A stretch of DNA of 64,000 nt from an uncultured virus (IMG/VR IMGVR_UViG_3300030104_006454) (IMGVR_UViG_3300030104_006454:1-64000), one strand, 5' to 3'. Shown: positions 1-9,662, numbered from the stretch's first letter. Notes: generated from the letters alone by a model not told the origin. Program-made: numbers and translations.

Positions 1-1
1 C

Positions 2-1543
2 TGTGACACTAGTTTTCAACTTCATACTTACCAACGCAAGGGCGCAAGCGAGAAGGTCTATGTTAGACCAACTGAGCCCGCCAACTTTAACGAGGTAAGT
101 ACGAACGTTGAGACTTGGTTCGGTACAAGAGGTATATCAAAACAAACACTCAAGGATCTTCAGGTTACTGAAGGCCCTGAGTTTATGCCTCAGACGGGTA
201 AACAAGAAAATACCATACAGTTTAACTATTTTATGGGTGATCAACTCATTAACGTTAAGTATCGTGATGGTAGAAAGAATTTTAAACTTTACAAAGGTGC
301 AGAAAAAGTATTTTACAATATTAATAGTATTGTAGGCTATGATGAATGCGTAATTGTAGAGGGTGAAATGGACGTATTAGCATTACACGAGGCTGGTATT
401 AAAAATGTAATATCAGTACCTAATGGCGCTACATTAAACAACAACAACTTAGATTATTTAGATAATTGTATTGATTACTTCGATGACAAACAAAGAGTAG
501 TTTTAGCTGTTGATGCTGATGAACCAGGTCAAATGCTTAAGCAAGAGCTTGTGCGTAGGCTTGGCGCTGAAGTTTGTTATCTTGTAGACTTTAATGGAGA
601 AAAAGATGCTAACGATTATTTAATTGAGCATGGCCCAGAGCTACTACGCAATGCTATACACAGCGCACGCCCTGTACCACTCGAAAATGTTTCAACCTTA
701 AAAGATGTAGAAGATGAACTTAGAGACTTTGTTAAAAATGGTTTTAAACCTGGCTTTCAAATCGGGATTAATAACTTTGATAAAATATTTAGCACATACA
801 CTGGCCAATTTATTACTGTTACTGGCATTCCTAGTAGTGGTAAATCTGACTTTGTTGACCAAATGGTGGTGGGATATAACAACCTTTACGGCTGGAAAAC
901 TGCTTACGCTAGTCCAGAAAATCAACCAGTATATCTCCACGCGCATAAATTAATGCGTAAACACTGGCAAGATATGCCTGCTGTAGGTGATATTGGCGGT
1001 GATAAATGGCAGCAAGTTACAGATCACGTTAATGACAACTACTTTTTTATTGATATGGATAAATATAGTTTAGAGTCTGTATTACGTAAAGGTGCTGAGC
1101 TTGTTAAACGTAAAGGTATTAAATGTTTAGTCCTTGATCCATTTAATAAGATTAGAGATGTCGATGCTAAGTCAGATGATGTAAACCGTTACACAATGGA
1201 TTATCTAGCTAAGATTGAAGCTTTTTGTAAAAAGTATGATGTACTAACATTTATCGTTGCACATCCTACTAAAATGTATAAAGGCCAAGACGGTAAAATT
1301 GAAGAGCCAACTATGTATAATATAAAAGGTGGTGGTGAATGGTACGATGCTAGTTATCACGGCCTGTTAGTACATAGGGATTATGAGGCTAAAACAACTA
1401 AAGTAAAAGTATTAAAAGTTAAATTCCAAAACTTAGGTCAAAACGGTGCTGAAAGCCATTTTACGTGGGAACCACGATCAGGTAGCTTTGTGCCTAACGA
1501 GCCCGTAGTTGAAGATGGTGGGCCTATGCCCTGGGAAGCATAA
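2..1543 (+). CDS. DNA primase-helicase (T7 gp4/Twinkle-like), 5'-truncated by the window edge
   Basis: The frame is open from position 2 (CDTSFQLHTYQRK...). TOPRIM motifs IVEGEMD and DADEPG/KDAND, Walker A GIPSSGKS, and SF4 helicase motifs LVLDPFN and VAHP are present. Confidence 0.93.
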   Translation, partial: CDTSFQLHTYQRKGASEKVYVRPTEPANFNEVSTNVETWFGTRGISKQTLKDLQVTEGPEFMPQTGKQENTIQFNYFMGDQLINVKYRDGRKNFKLYKGAEKVFYNINSIVGYDECVIVEGEMDVLALHEAGIKNVISVPNGATLNNNNLDYLDNCIDYFDDKQRVVLAVDADEPGQMLKQELVRRLGAEVCYLVDFNGEKDANDYLIEHGPELLRNAIHSARPVPLENVSTLKDVEDELRDFVKNGFKPGFQIGINNFDKIFSTYTGQFITVTGIPSSGKSDFVDQMVVGYNNLYGWKTAYASPENQPVYLHAHKLMRKHWQDMPAVGDIGGDKWQQVTDHVNDNYFFIDMDKYSLESVLRKGAELVKRKGIKCLVLDPFNKIRDVDAKSDDVNRYTMDYLAKIEAFCKKYDVLTFIVAHPTKMYKGQDGKIEEPTMYNIKGGGEWYDASYHGLLVHRDYEAKTTKVKVLKVKFQNLGQNGAESHFTWEPRSGSFVPNEPVVEDGGPMPWEA

Positions 1544-1830
1544 TGGCATTTAAACGTTGGAATAAATCACCTAGTAAAAGACCACCAGTTAAATCATGGC
1601 AACCTGAAGAAATGAAAATAATTGGCTGGTGTTTACAGCGTAATATAGGTGTAGGTATAACTCCTGATTGGAAACACGATATGAATAGATGGATTATTGA
1701 AATATCAATTAATGGGAATATACACACTGATCCCAACAGATATGATGATGAAACAGTTTTAAATAAACTAAATGAATACTATAAATACTATTATGATAAA
1801 TACAAACTAAATACGAATACCAAAGGATAA
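1543..1830 (+). CDS. hypothetical protein
   Basis: 95-aa ORF translationally coupled to the primase-helicase (TAATG overlap). Confidence 0.7.
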   Translation: MAFKRWNKSPSKRPPVKSWQPEEMKIIGWCLQRNIGVGITPDWKHDMNRWIIEISINGNIHTDPNRYDDETVLNKLNEYYKYYYDKYKLNTNTKG

Positions 1831-1832
1831 TA
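1801..1832 (+). promoter_or_regulatory. bipartite repeat motif copy (putative phage promoter) upstream of the dCMP-hydroxymethylase-like gene
   Basis: TACAAACTAAATACGA-ataccaaa-GGATAATA; the same motif occurs six more times in 60812-63889. Confidence 0.7.
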
Positions 1833-1837
1833 ACAAC

Positions 1838-2494
1838 ATGATAAATACAATAAATAATAAAAAGTTTGAAACAGCAAATGAAGCATATGAATACTTGCAC
1901 GATGCAATTATACAGCATGGTACAGAGTTTGGAGATACAAAAGCCCTGTTTAACGTAGGGTTTTATATTACTAACCCTCTTGCAAACGCTATTACAAACA
2001 AAGAGCGTAAGTGGAATATAGAATATGCAGAGTCTGAATTTCAATGGTATTTATCTGGCGACTGTAACATAACTAAGCTAGGTAAAATATATGGTAAAAT
2101 ACCACCGATATGGATTAAAATGGCTGATGATGAAGGTAACGTTATGTCTAATTATGGTTGGCAATGGGAACGTAAAAGACAGTTAAACCAAATGATATTA
2201 AAACTAAAGCTAGACAAAGACACTAGGCAAGCTGCAATATCAATATACGATGGTAAAGAGCATTATAAGTACAAAACAGATACCCCTTGTACGTATGCAG
2301 TTCAGTTTACAATTGTACATGGTAAATTAGACATGTGCGTTACAATGCGTTCTAATGATCTCTGGTACGGTTTCTGTAACGATCAGTATTGTTTTTCAGA
2401 ATTACAAAAATATGTTGCTGAAGAACTTGATATATCAGTTGGCGTATATTATCATTTTGCACACAATATGCACTTATACAATAATAAAATATGA
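1838..2494 (+). CDS. thymidylate-synthase-fold enzyme, dCMP hydroxymethylase-like (T4 gp42 type)
   Basis: Catalytic PCT, MRSNDLWYGFCND (Asp at the position of ThyA Asn177), SNYGW, EFQWY and HNMHLY. Confidence 0.8.
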   Translation: MINTINNKKFETANEAYEYLHDAIIQHGTEFGDTKALFNVGFYITNPLANAITNKERKWNIEYAESEFQWYLSGDCNITKLGKIYGKIPPIWIKMADDEGNVMSNYGWQWERKRQLNQMILKLKLDKDTRQAAISIYDGKEHYKYKTDTPCTYAVQFTIVHGKLDMCVTMRSNDLWYGFCNDQYCFSELQKYVAEELDISVGVYYHFAHNMHLYNNKI

Positions 2495-3309
2495 CATATT
2501 ACTTATACCACATACCAGGTAAAAAGATCGGTGTAACTCGCGATCTAAAAGAAAGAGTTGAACATCAACAAGGATATAACGAAGATGAATACGTTGTGTT
2601 AATGGAAACAGATAATATATTAGAAGTATCTAACGCTGAAATATTAATGCAAAAAGCATTTGGTTATAAAGTTGATACAATACCTTATAATAAACTTAAA
2701 TTTAATAAAATGGAATTAAAAATAAATGTAACAGAACAAACTACCACTTTCCCCTGTCCTGTTAACAAGCTGAAAGGCCAATTAATGGAACAAATAGGAA
2801 TGAAGTGGGACACAATAGATGGCGAGGTTAGTTTAACTCCAGAGTCTATAAAGTGGGTTGTTAAAAACGCAAAGACATCTATGTATAATGATGAACGATG
2901 TTATGTATATAACAAAGCATTTGCTAGGTGGTTTGATAACAACGAGGCTTATCCAAGAACTGGAGCGTTAACACCTATGGGCGCAAGATCTCCTGAAAAA
3001 GAAGGTCGCAATGTTGTAAGAAGTCAGTTTGATTTAATTAGAGAGTGGGCTAACGATAGAGGCTTGTATGATGGCGGTGATCCTAAAACACAAGCTTTAA
3101 AATTAGTTGAAGAAGTTGGCGAAACTTGTAGGGCTATACTAAAAGAAGATGCTAAAGAAATGATTGATGGTATCGGTGATTGTGTAGTCGTACTAACTAA
3201 TTTAGCTGAGCTAATTGGCACTCCAATTGAAAAGTGTATTGATATAGCTTACAATGAAATAAAAGATAGAAAAGGTAAAATGAATAACGGAACATTTAAA
3301 AAAGATTAA
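2491..3309 (+). CDS. fusion protein: N-terminal GIY-YIG-like segment plus C-terminal MazG-like NTP pyrophosphohydrolase
   Basis: C-terminus has KLVEEVGE...DGIGDCVVVL (all-alpha NTP-PPase EExxE/D motif). N-terminus reads YYLYHIPGKKIGVTRDLKERV. Confidence 0.75.
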   Translation: MTYYLYHIPGKKIGVTRDLKERVEHQQGYNEDEYVVLMETDNILEVSNAEILMQKAFGYKVDTIPYNKLKFNKMELKINVTEQTTTFPCPVNKLKGQLMEQIGMKWDTIDGEVSLTPESIKWVVKNAKTSMYNDERCYVYNKAFARWFDNNEAYPRTGALTPMGARSPEKEGRNVVRSQFDLIREWANDRGLYDGGDPKTQALKLVEEVGETCRAILKEDAKEMIDGIGDCVVVLTNLAELIGTPIEKCIDIAYNEIKDRKGKMNNGTFKKD

Positions 3310-3310
3310 T

Positions 3311-3628
3311 ATGTCAGACAGAGAAATTATGGATGCAAAACAAGGTATTGAACGCAAGTCGTTTGGCTTTCGTGATCCTGTAGTTAAACATGTAGTTACT
3401 AAATTTGTTTCAAGGTCAGATATTGGCTATGAAAAATATGGTAGAACATTAGATGACGAACGTAAAGGTGGTTTTAAAAACCTAGCCGGTTATCTTATGG
3501 ATATACAAGAGGAACTTATGGATGCAGTGCTATACATACAAGCTGCACGCGAAGAGCTTGAAGAACAATATGAAGCGCCTAGAGCTTATTGCACTGCAGC
3601 AGATTATGACGATGAAGAAGAGGATTAG
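3311..3628 (+). CDS. all-alpha NTP pyrophosphatase-like protein (MazG/dNTP diphosphohydrolase-like)
   Basis: RSDIGYEKYGRTL and DIQEELMDAVLY motifs. Confidence 0.6.
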   Translation: MSDREIMDAKQGIERKSFGFRDPVVKHVVTKFVSRSDIGYEKYGRTLDDERKGGFKNLAGYLMDIQEELMDAVLYIQAAREELEEQYEAPRAYCTAADYDDEEED

Positions 3629-4073
3629 AGGTCGTATAAAAAGAAAACGTGGTCCTGTTGTAAGTAAAAAAGTTACTTGCGACGGAATCAAGTTCGCTTC
3701 CGGTCTTGAAAAATATATGTATCTTGCCCTTAAAAAAGCTAAAATACACGCTATATACGAAGGTGCAACATTTGTAGTTCAAGAAGGTTTTGAGTTTAAA
3801 ACTACTAGTTACGAGCGTCAAAGTAATGGAAAAGGAGAGTTTAAAGACAGAGGTAATAAAAAAATATTACCAATAAAATATACTCCAGATTTTGTAAGTC
3901 CTTCATTTATAATTGAATGCAAGGGTCGTGCAAACGAATCGTTTCCATTACGTTGGAAAATGTTTAAAAAATATGTAAAAGTAAACATGCCTCATGTGAC
4001 TATATATAAACCTCAGAACCAGAAGGAATGCGACAAGGTAATCGAATTAATAACCAAATCAAAAAAGAAATGA
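3606..4073 (+). CDS. T7 endonuclease I-like PD-(D/E)xK nuclease / Holliday junction resolvase
   Basis: FASGLE and YTPDF...IIECKG motifs. Start moved to ATG 3606 because the ORF-track start overlaps the upstream gene heavily. Confidence 0.8.
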   Translation: MTMKKRIRGRIKRKRGPVVSKKVTCDGIKFASGLEKYMYLALKKAKIHAIYEGATFVVQEGFEFKTTSYERQSNGKGEFKDRGNKKILPIKYTPDFVSPSFIIECKGRANESFPLRWKMFKKYVKVNMPHVTIYKPQNQKECDKVIELITKSKKK

Positions 4074-4219
4074 AAAAATCAGATTGGGAATTAAGCCTTG
4101 GTACATACCCTGGTTTTTTACTCGGTGTAAGATCTTACGCTGAACCCTACAGAACGAACCACGTATTTTATTTACCTTTCGTGGATATTTGCCTAACGAT
4201 TTATAAACTTAAGAACTAA
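4070..4219 (+). CDS. small hypothetical protein
   Basis: ATGA overlap with the endonuclease stop; abuts the RNR start. Confidence 0.55.
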   Translation: MKKSDWELSLGTYPGFLLGVRSYAEPYRTNHVFYLPFVDICLTIYKLKN

Positions 4220-6088
4220 ATGAATAATAACAATAAAATATTATCCGATATTACTGTGCATATGAAATATGCTAAATATATTCCGGAGTTAAACAGAAGA
4301 GAAACTTGGGAAGAACTTGTAACGCGTAATAAAGAAATGCATCAGAAACGTTATCCGGATTTATATAATGAAATTGAAGAAAATTACAGATATGTATATA
4401 AAAAGAAAGTTTTACCGTCTATGCGAAGCTTACAATTCAGTGGCAAACCGATTGAGATTTCGCCCAATAGACTCTACAACTGCTCCTATTTACCTATTGA
4501 TCACGTTGATAGTTTTAGCGAGTGTATGTTTCTGTTGCTTAGTGGATGTGGCGTAGGCTACTCTGTACAAAAGCATCATGTTACTAAACTACCACATGTA
4601 ACAAAACCTTTTGACAAAAGAACAAGGAGGTTTGTTATTGGTGATAGTATTGAAGGTTGGTCAGACAGCATAAAAGTATTAATCAAGTCTTATTTAGGTA
4701 ATAAGAGATCATCTAAGGTTAAGTTTGATTATTCTGATATTAGGCCAAAGGGCGCAAGGCTTGTGACCTCTGGTGGAAAAGCTCCTGGGCCACAACCGTT
4801 AAAAGAATGTTTATTAAAAATTAAAGGAATATTAGATGCTAAAGAAGATGGCTCAATGCTTACAACTCTTGAAGTACACGATGTTGTTTGTCACATTGCT
4901 GATGCTGTACTTGCTGGTGGTATTCGTAGAGCTGCTCTCATTAGTTTATTTTCAGCTTACGATGAAGAAATGATTTCATGTAAATCAGGGCAATGGTGGG
5001 AAACAAACCCTCAACGTGGTAGAGCTAACAACTCTGCTGTGTTAATAAGACATAAAATAACTAAAGAGTTTTTTATGGATTTATGGAAACGTATAGAGCT
5101 ATCTGGTTCTGGTGAACCTGGCATATATTTTAATCACGATAAAGACTGGGGCACAAACCCTTGTTGTGAGATAGCACTAAGACCTTTTCAATTTTGTAAC
5201 CTATGCGAAGTTAATGTATCAAATGTAGTTGACCAAGATGATTTTAATGCTCGTGTAAAAGCCGCATCTTTTATTGGTACATTACAAGCGGGTTATACAG
5301 AGTTTCATTATTTAAGAGAAATATGGCAAGAGACAACAGAACGCGACGCACTTATCGGTGTGTCCATGACAGGGATAGGGAGTGCCGCTGTGCTCCAAAT
5401 GGATATGAAGGCCGCTGCAAGTATCGTAAAACGCGAGAACACGAGGGTTTCAAAATTAATAGGTATCAATCGCGCGGCACGTACAACGTGTGTTAAACCT
5501 GCAGGTACTACTAGCCTAGTGCTAGGTACTAGTTCAGGTATACACGCGTGGCATAATGATTATTATATACGTAGATTACGTGTAGGTAAAAATGAAGCTA
5601 TATACAGTTATTTATCTAATAATCACCCTGAGTTAATTGAAGATGAATATTTCAGACCACATGACACTGCTGTTATTGAAATACCACAATCAGCGCCTGA
5701 AGGTTCTATATTAAGAACTGAGTCTGCATTTGATCTTATGGAACGTGTTAAACGCGTAGCTACTGAGTGGGTTGCACCTGGTCATAGATCTGGTAGTAAC
5801 ACACATAATGTATCTGCAACTATAAGTTTAAAGAAAGAAGACTGGGATAAAGCTGGTGAGTGGATGTGGGAAAACAGAGACTGTTACAACGGTTTATCTG
5901 TACTACCTTATGATGGTGGTACATACACACAAGCTCCGTTTGAAGATATAAAAAAATCGGAGTTTAACAAGTTGGTTAAATCATTACAAGATGTAAATCT
6001 TGAAAATGTTATGGAATCAACTGATGAAACCGATCTATCTGGCGAATTAGCCTGTGCCGGTGGATCTTGTGAAATTACAGGCTTATAA
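4220..6088 (+). CDS. nrdJ: class II (adenosylcobalamin-dependent) ribonucleotide reductase
   Basis: TNPCCEI (thiyl radical Cys), CNLCEVN, KPAGT, and C-terminal CAGGSC redox pair. No NrdB-like gene is adjacent. Confidence 0.9.
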   Translation: MNNNNKILSDITVHMKYAKYIPELNRRETWEELVTRNKEMHQKRYPDLYNEIEENYRYVYKKKVLPSMRSLQFSGKPIEISPNRLYNCSYLPIDHVDSFSECMFLLLSGCGVGYSVQKHHVTKLPHVTKPFDKRTRRFVIGDSIEGWSDSIKVLIKSYLGNKRSSKVKFDYSDIRPKGARLVTSGGKAPGPQPLKECLLKIKGILDAKEDGSMLTTLEVHDVVCHIADAVLAGGIRRAALISLFSAYDEEMISCKSGQWWETNPQRGRANNSAVLIRHKITKEFFMDLWKRIELSGSGEPGIYFNHDKDWGTNPCCEIALRPFQFCNLCEVNVSNVVDQDDFNARVKAASFIGTLQAGYTEFHYLREIWQETTERDALIGVSMTGIGSAAVLQMDMKAAASIVKRENTRVSKLIGINRAARTTCVKPAGTTSLVLGTSSGIHAWHNDYYIRRLRVGKNEAIYSYLSNNHPELIEDEYFRPHDTAVIEIPQSAPEGSILRTESAFDLMERVKRVATEWVAPGHRSGSNTHNVSATISLKKEDWDKAGEWMWENRDCYNGLSVLPYDGGTYTQAPFEDIKKSEFNKLVKSLQDVNLENVMESTDETDLSGELACAGGSCEITGL

Positions 6089-6102
6089 CTAAACAATAAA
6101 TT

Positions 6103-6513
6103 ATGAAAAATGTTTTAATGAGTTTTGCTTTGGCAGTACTGTGTGCTGTAAGTGTTAACGCTCAAAATCAAGGTGACTGGTACATTGGTACTGGTGACAT
6201 TGCTAATACCGCTTGGACTGAGTGGTCTGTAGCACCAACTGTAGGTTACGGTATTGCTGATAACTTTATGGTTGGAGTAAACGTATCTCAAGCAGACTCG
6301 TCTGCAGAAATGGTACTAGATGCACATGTTAGATATTTCTACAATGGATTATTTGGCTATGTATCTGCTCCTAACTTAGATACAGACAGACTAATGATTG
6401 GTCTTGGTAAAATGTTTACTCTACACAAAGGAGTATACGTTGATCCAAAAGTAGTATATGATACAAACTTAAAAACAACTAACTTAATGTTAGGGTTTGG
6501 TCTTAAATTTTAG
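6103..6513 (+). CDS. small outer-membrane beta-barrel protein
   Basis: Sec signal peptide (AVSVNA-Q), alternating beta-strands, and C-terminal GFGLKF beta-signal. Confidence 0.7.
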   Translation: MKNVLMSFALAVLCAVSVNAQNQGDWYIGTGDIANTAWTEWSVAPTVGYGIADNFMVGVNVSQADSSAEMVLDAHVRYFYNGLFGYVSAPNLDTDRLMIGLGKMFTLHKGVYVDPKVVYDTNLKTTNLMLGFGLKF

Positions 6514-6536
6514 TATTAACTTAAACAATAAACAAA

Positions 6537-6761
6537 ATGGATAAAGTATTTAATTATTTAAATGGATTTTTTAGTGGATTAGCTGGAGTATTATTAACAG
6601 TACTGCCACTTACTATTTTATGGGAAGTGTTATCTGGTGGATTATTATTCAATATGGATGTAATCACTAACTTAACAGCTCTTGTAAATGAGTTTGGAAA
6701 CGGAGGTTTTGCTGGACTAGTTGTTCTAGTATTAGTTGCTTCGTTTTTTGTTAAAAAATAA
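6537..6761 (+). CDS. small two-TM inner-membrane protein
   Basis: Two hydrophobic segments and a C-terminal KK. Confidence 0.65.
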   Translation: MDKVFNYLNGFFSGLAGVLLTVLPLTILWEVLSGGLLFNMDVITNLTALVNEFGNGGFAGLVVLVLVASFFVKK

Positions 6762-6787
6762 ATGTATAACTAAAATTAAATTAAATT

Positions 6788-6982
6788 ATGTCTTTTAACA
6801 AACTAGACAGTTTGTTTGACGAGCTACAAGATACAATTAATGATTGTCAAGCAGACGTAAGTAAATTTGTAGAGGGTAATAACTCTGCAGGAACGAGAGT
6901 CAGAAAGGCCATGCAAGCTGTAAAAGCTCTAGCCCAAGAGGTTAGATTAGAAGTGCAAGACCAAAAGAACTCACAGTTCTAA
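6788..6982 (+). CDS. histone H1-like Hc1-family nucleoid protein
   Basis: KFVEGNNSAGTRVRKAMQAVKALAQEVR matches the GNxxAGTRxRK motif of Hc1-like proteins. Confidence 0.7.
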   Translation: MSFNKLDSLFDELQDTINDCQADVSKFVEGNNSAGTRVRKAMQAVKALAQEVRLEVQDQKNSQF

Positions 6983-6988
6983 AATAAT

Positions 6989-7017
6989 AAAGGGAGCTTA
7001 ACGGCTCCCTTTTTTTT
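6989..7017. terminator. intrinsic terminator, probably bidirectional, between the convergent replication and late regions
   Basis: AAAGGGAGC-ttaacg-GCTCCCTTT followed by a T-run, with an A-rich 5' flank. Confidence 0.85.
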
Positions 7018-7093
7018 ATATTGCTACTAAAAATATAGTAATCATCATTACTATATATACTAGCGGACTAAGATCTATTTTTTGTTTTTCCAT
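7016..7093 (-). CDS. 25-aa single-TM peptide (MEKQKIDLSPLVYIVMMITIFLVAI), not in the ORF track
   Basis: Translated by hand. It has an A/T-rich leader and ends in the terminator. Confidence 0.45.
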   Translation of the reverse strand: MEKQKIDLSPLVYIVMMITIFLVAI

Positions 7094-7149
7094 AATTTAA
7101 CAATTACAGAAATTATAAAAGCACTAAGCATTTTAATGTTAAGAAATTG

Positions 7150-7392
7150 TTAATTACTGGTAGTGTCTTCTATATACCACTCACCGTCTACATCATTTAA
7201 TATTGTTAATATTTGATTGTAGCTATAAGCAGTTTTACCGTATAAAAACTTTGGCTTATATCCTTCATACTTTACAAAAGTCTTTGTATTGTCATTATTC
7301 CACCTTAACGTATCTACAGAAGTTTCTTGTACTTCAGAAAAATCTACACTACTTACATCTTCGCTTGTTATTATTACGTATTGTCTTGCCAT
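7150..7392 (-). CDS. small tail-fibre-associated protein
   Basis: Lies immediately downstream of the LamG-domain fibre gene. Confidence 0.5.
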   Translation of the reverse strand: MARQYVIITSEDVSSVDFSEVQETSVDTLRWNNDNTKTFVKYEGYKPKFLYGKTAYSYNQILTILNDVDGEWYIEDTTSN

Positions 7393-7393
7393 A

Positions 7394-8317
7394 TTAAGGT
7401 GTGTCTGTACTAGATATACTTGTATTGTTGTTTATTCTTAATGTTTTACTATTGCCAGAGTCATCTGCTAAAGTAGTATCACTATTACTATAAGCTTCTA
7501 AAGTGTAATAAGCTATTAAACCTGAGTGATCAGACTCGTCTTTTGGTGATCCTGAGTTATATATAGCTGAAACTTCAGAAGATGTTAATACATCGCTAAA
7601 AAAAGCTATGTCACTCATATGACCATTAAAATAAGCATTGCTTTGTATATCATTTCTACCAATAATAAAACCAGCGTGTCCACTTGCGTCTGACCAAGTA
7701 TTACCTATAGCGTCTGAATCTGTTTGTGATCCGTCTATATATAATCTAACTATATTATTAGCAGACGTTTTACTACCAGACTCCCACGTCATTGCAACGT
7801 GATGCCAATTACCATCGTTTTCTAAACCACTACCAGAATCAACTACATTTGTAGTACCACCAAACTTTACATTACCTCTTATAACAGCAGAGGCATTGTT
7901 CCATAATAGTATAATTTGATTGTCAGTACCTTCTTCTGCTTTTATTTGCCATATAAATCCATTAGCAGACATTGAATCTAATTTAACCCATGCACTAATA
8001 GATCCTATGGCTTCTAAATCAGTACCTATATTACCTTGTTGGAAATCTAAGTAATCATTAGCACCATCAAAGTCAAAACTTTTATCATCAGTAAAAGAGC
8101 TAAGATCATGGTCATAAGCATAAAATTCAGACATTGCATGTGGCGTACTACCGTCAGGTCTATCACTAGCACTGTTAGCAGTGTTAATAGTTGCTACAGT
8201 TCCGTTAGAACATTGTAAAAGACTTGTTTGTGTTGTTGCGCTAGCATTATAAGTATTAGTAGCTAACTCTGCCCTAATACCAGCTAGGCTTAATGTACCA
8301 CTACTTGGAACAGCCAC
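7394..8317 (-). CDS. tail protein with a LamG/concanavalin A-like lectin domain
   Basis: SFDFDGANDY, ISAWVK, WHHVAMTW, LYIDG and FNGHMSDIAFFSDVLTSSEV are LamG-3 hallmarks. Confidence 0.8.
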   Translation of the reverse strand: MAVPSSGTLSLAGIRAELATNTYNASATTQTSLLQCSNGTVATINTANSASDRPDGSTPHAMSEFYAYDHDLSSFTDDKSFDFDGANDYLDFQQGNIGTDLEAIGSISAWVKLDSMSANGFIWQIKAEEGTDNQIILLWNNASAVIRGNVKFGGTTNVVDSGSGLENDGNWHHVAMTWESGSKTSANNIVRLYIDGSQTDSDAIGNTWSDASGHAGFIIGRNDIQSNAYFNGHMSDIAFFSDVLTSSEVSAIYNSGSPKDESDHSGLIAYYTLEAYSNSDTTLADDSGNSKTLRINNNTSISSTDTP

Positions 8318-9641
8318 TGCAAATTTCTTTTAATTTATCAATTTGTTTTTGTTGATCTTTAATAGCTTCAATTAAATAACCTACAATATTACCATAAGCA
8401 ACACCTTTAAAGTTACCATCGTCTATAACTAATTCTGGAGCAACTTTTTCTATTTCTTGAGCTATGACACCAGAACTAGCTTTACCTGTATCTACACGAT
8501 CAAAACTAACTCCTCGCATTTCTAATACTTTTTTACCATCTAATGTTTTAACGTTTTCTTTTAATCTTTTATCAGAATATGCTATTACATCTGCAGAACC
8601 TGTTATTGTACCTACAGCAGTTAAAAGTCCTTGTACTGCAGTTACAGAAGCCGAACCATTTCCTATTGTTACATCAACCTCATTGTCAAGGCTACCACCA
8701 GTTAGTTTAAGGCCTGTGTTGTTACCACCGTCATGACTTGCAACTCCAAAAATTAATTGCCCAGACTCTTGTCCACCAGTTGACACATCTATTTCACCAA
8801 CTATATAAGCATAGTCTTCGCTATTTTGCGCGCTGTCTTGTCCTGAAAACCATATTTCACCTAGATTCTGGCCTGTAGCAACCGCGTCATCAGCTCTTAA
8901 TTTTTGAAACTGTAGTCTAGAAGCTTGATCGTCGTTTGTAGTGTTTTTTATTAAGAAAAGAGGATCATCTGCATTTGCTGATTCAAAAGTAAAAGTGTCT
9001 CCGTTTACTGTCATGTTACCAGTTGTAAACTTACCGGTAGAATCATACTGTCCTACTGTAGAGCCATTTATTCTAAGAAATATATCAGTTTGTCCATTAA
9101 GCATTAACTTACTACCACTTGTAGCTCCCTCTATAAATGTACTACTACTTCCAAATCTTAAAGCTATATCAGAGTTAAAAGTTGTAGTTCCTGTTATAGT
9201 ACCTCCAGCTAAAGGCAATGCGCTTGCCGTGTAACTGTAACCTAATATCTTATCTTCAATAGCGGCCGATGTCATAATGTGTGCGTCATCATTAGTAAAC
9301 TCGCCTGAGTCATCAACACCTGTAATAGTGTTACCGTCTAAGATAATACCACCTAAAGTTGCATTACCAGAAAGAGTTAAATTACCAGTTATATTTACCT
9401 CGCCGTCAGGTGTTAATAATAAATCTTGATCAGCTTCAATTATTAAATCTTCTGGAGTTTCCGAATTAGTGTATATTCTTGTATTTGCATCATTAAACCT
9501 TACACCTTTTCCTGAAGCAAACGTAATATTATCACCTAATGCTAAAGTACCAGATATATCTGCGTTACCATTGATGTCTAGCGATAAGCCTTGTACCTCA
9601 CCGCCGACATCAAGGTCGCATAAAATTTTGTGTGTTGGCAT
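8301..9641 (-). CDS. tail fibre with a C-terminal intramolecular chaperone (peptidase S74)
   Basis: YSDKRLKENV...GVIAQEIEKVAPELV...LIEAIKDQQKQI; G/S/T/D-rich body. Confidence 0.85.
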   Translation of the reverse strand: MPTHKILCDLDVGGEVQGLSLDINGNADISGTLALGDNITFASGKGVRFNDANTRIYTNSETPEDLIIEADQDLLLTPDGEVNITGNLTLSGNATLGGIILDGNTITGVDDSGEFTNDDAHIMTSAAIEDKILGYSYTASALPLAGGTITGTTTFNSDIALRFGSSSTFIEGATSGSKLMLNGQTDIFLRINGSTVGQYDSTGKFTTGNMTVNGDTFTFESANADDPLFLIKNTTNDDQASRLQFQKLRADDAVATGQNLGEIWFSGQDSAQNSEDYAYIVGEIDVSTGGQESGQLIFGVASHDGGNNTGLKLTGGSLDNEVDVTIGNGSASVTAVQGLLTAVGTITGSADVIAYSDKRLKENVKTLDGKKVLEMRGVSFDRVDTGKASSGVIAQEIEKVAPELVIDDGNFKGVAYGNIVGYLIEAIKDQQKQIDKLKEICSGCSK

Positions 9642-9662
9642 TTAATTTAATTTAATTTATTA

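Noticed and set aside
1838..2494. Canonical thymidylate synthase thyA
   Set aside because: Asp at the Asn177-equivalent position and gp42-like motifs argue for dCMP specificity, so the symbol was withheld.
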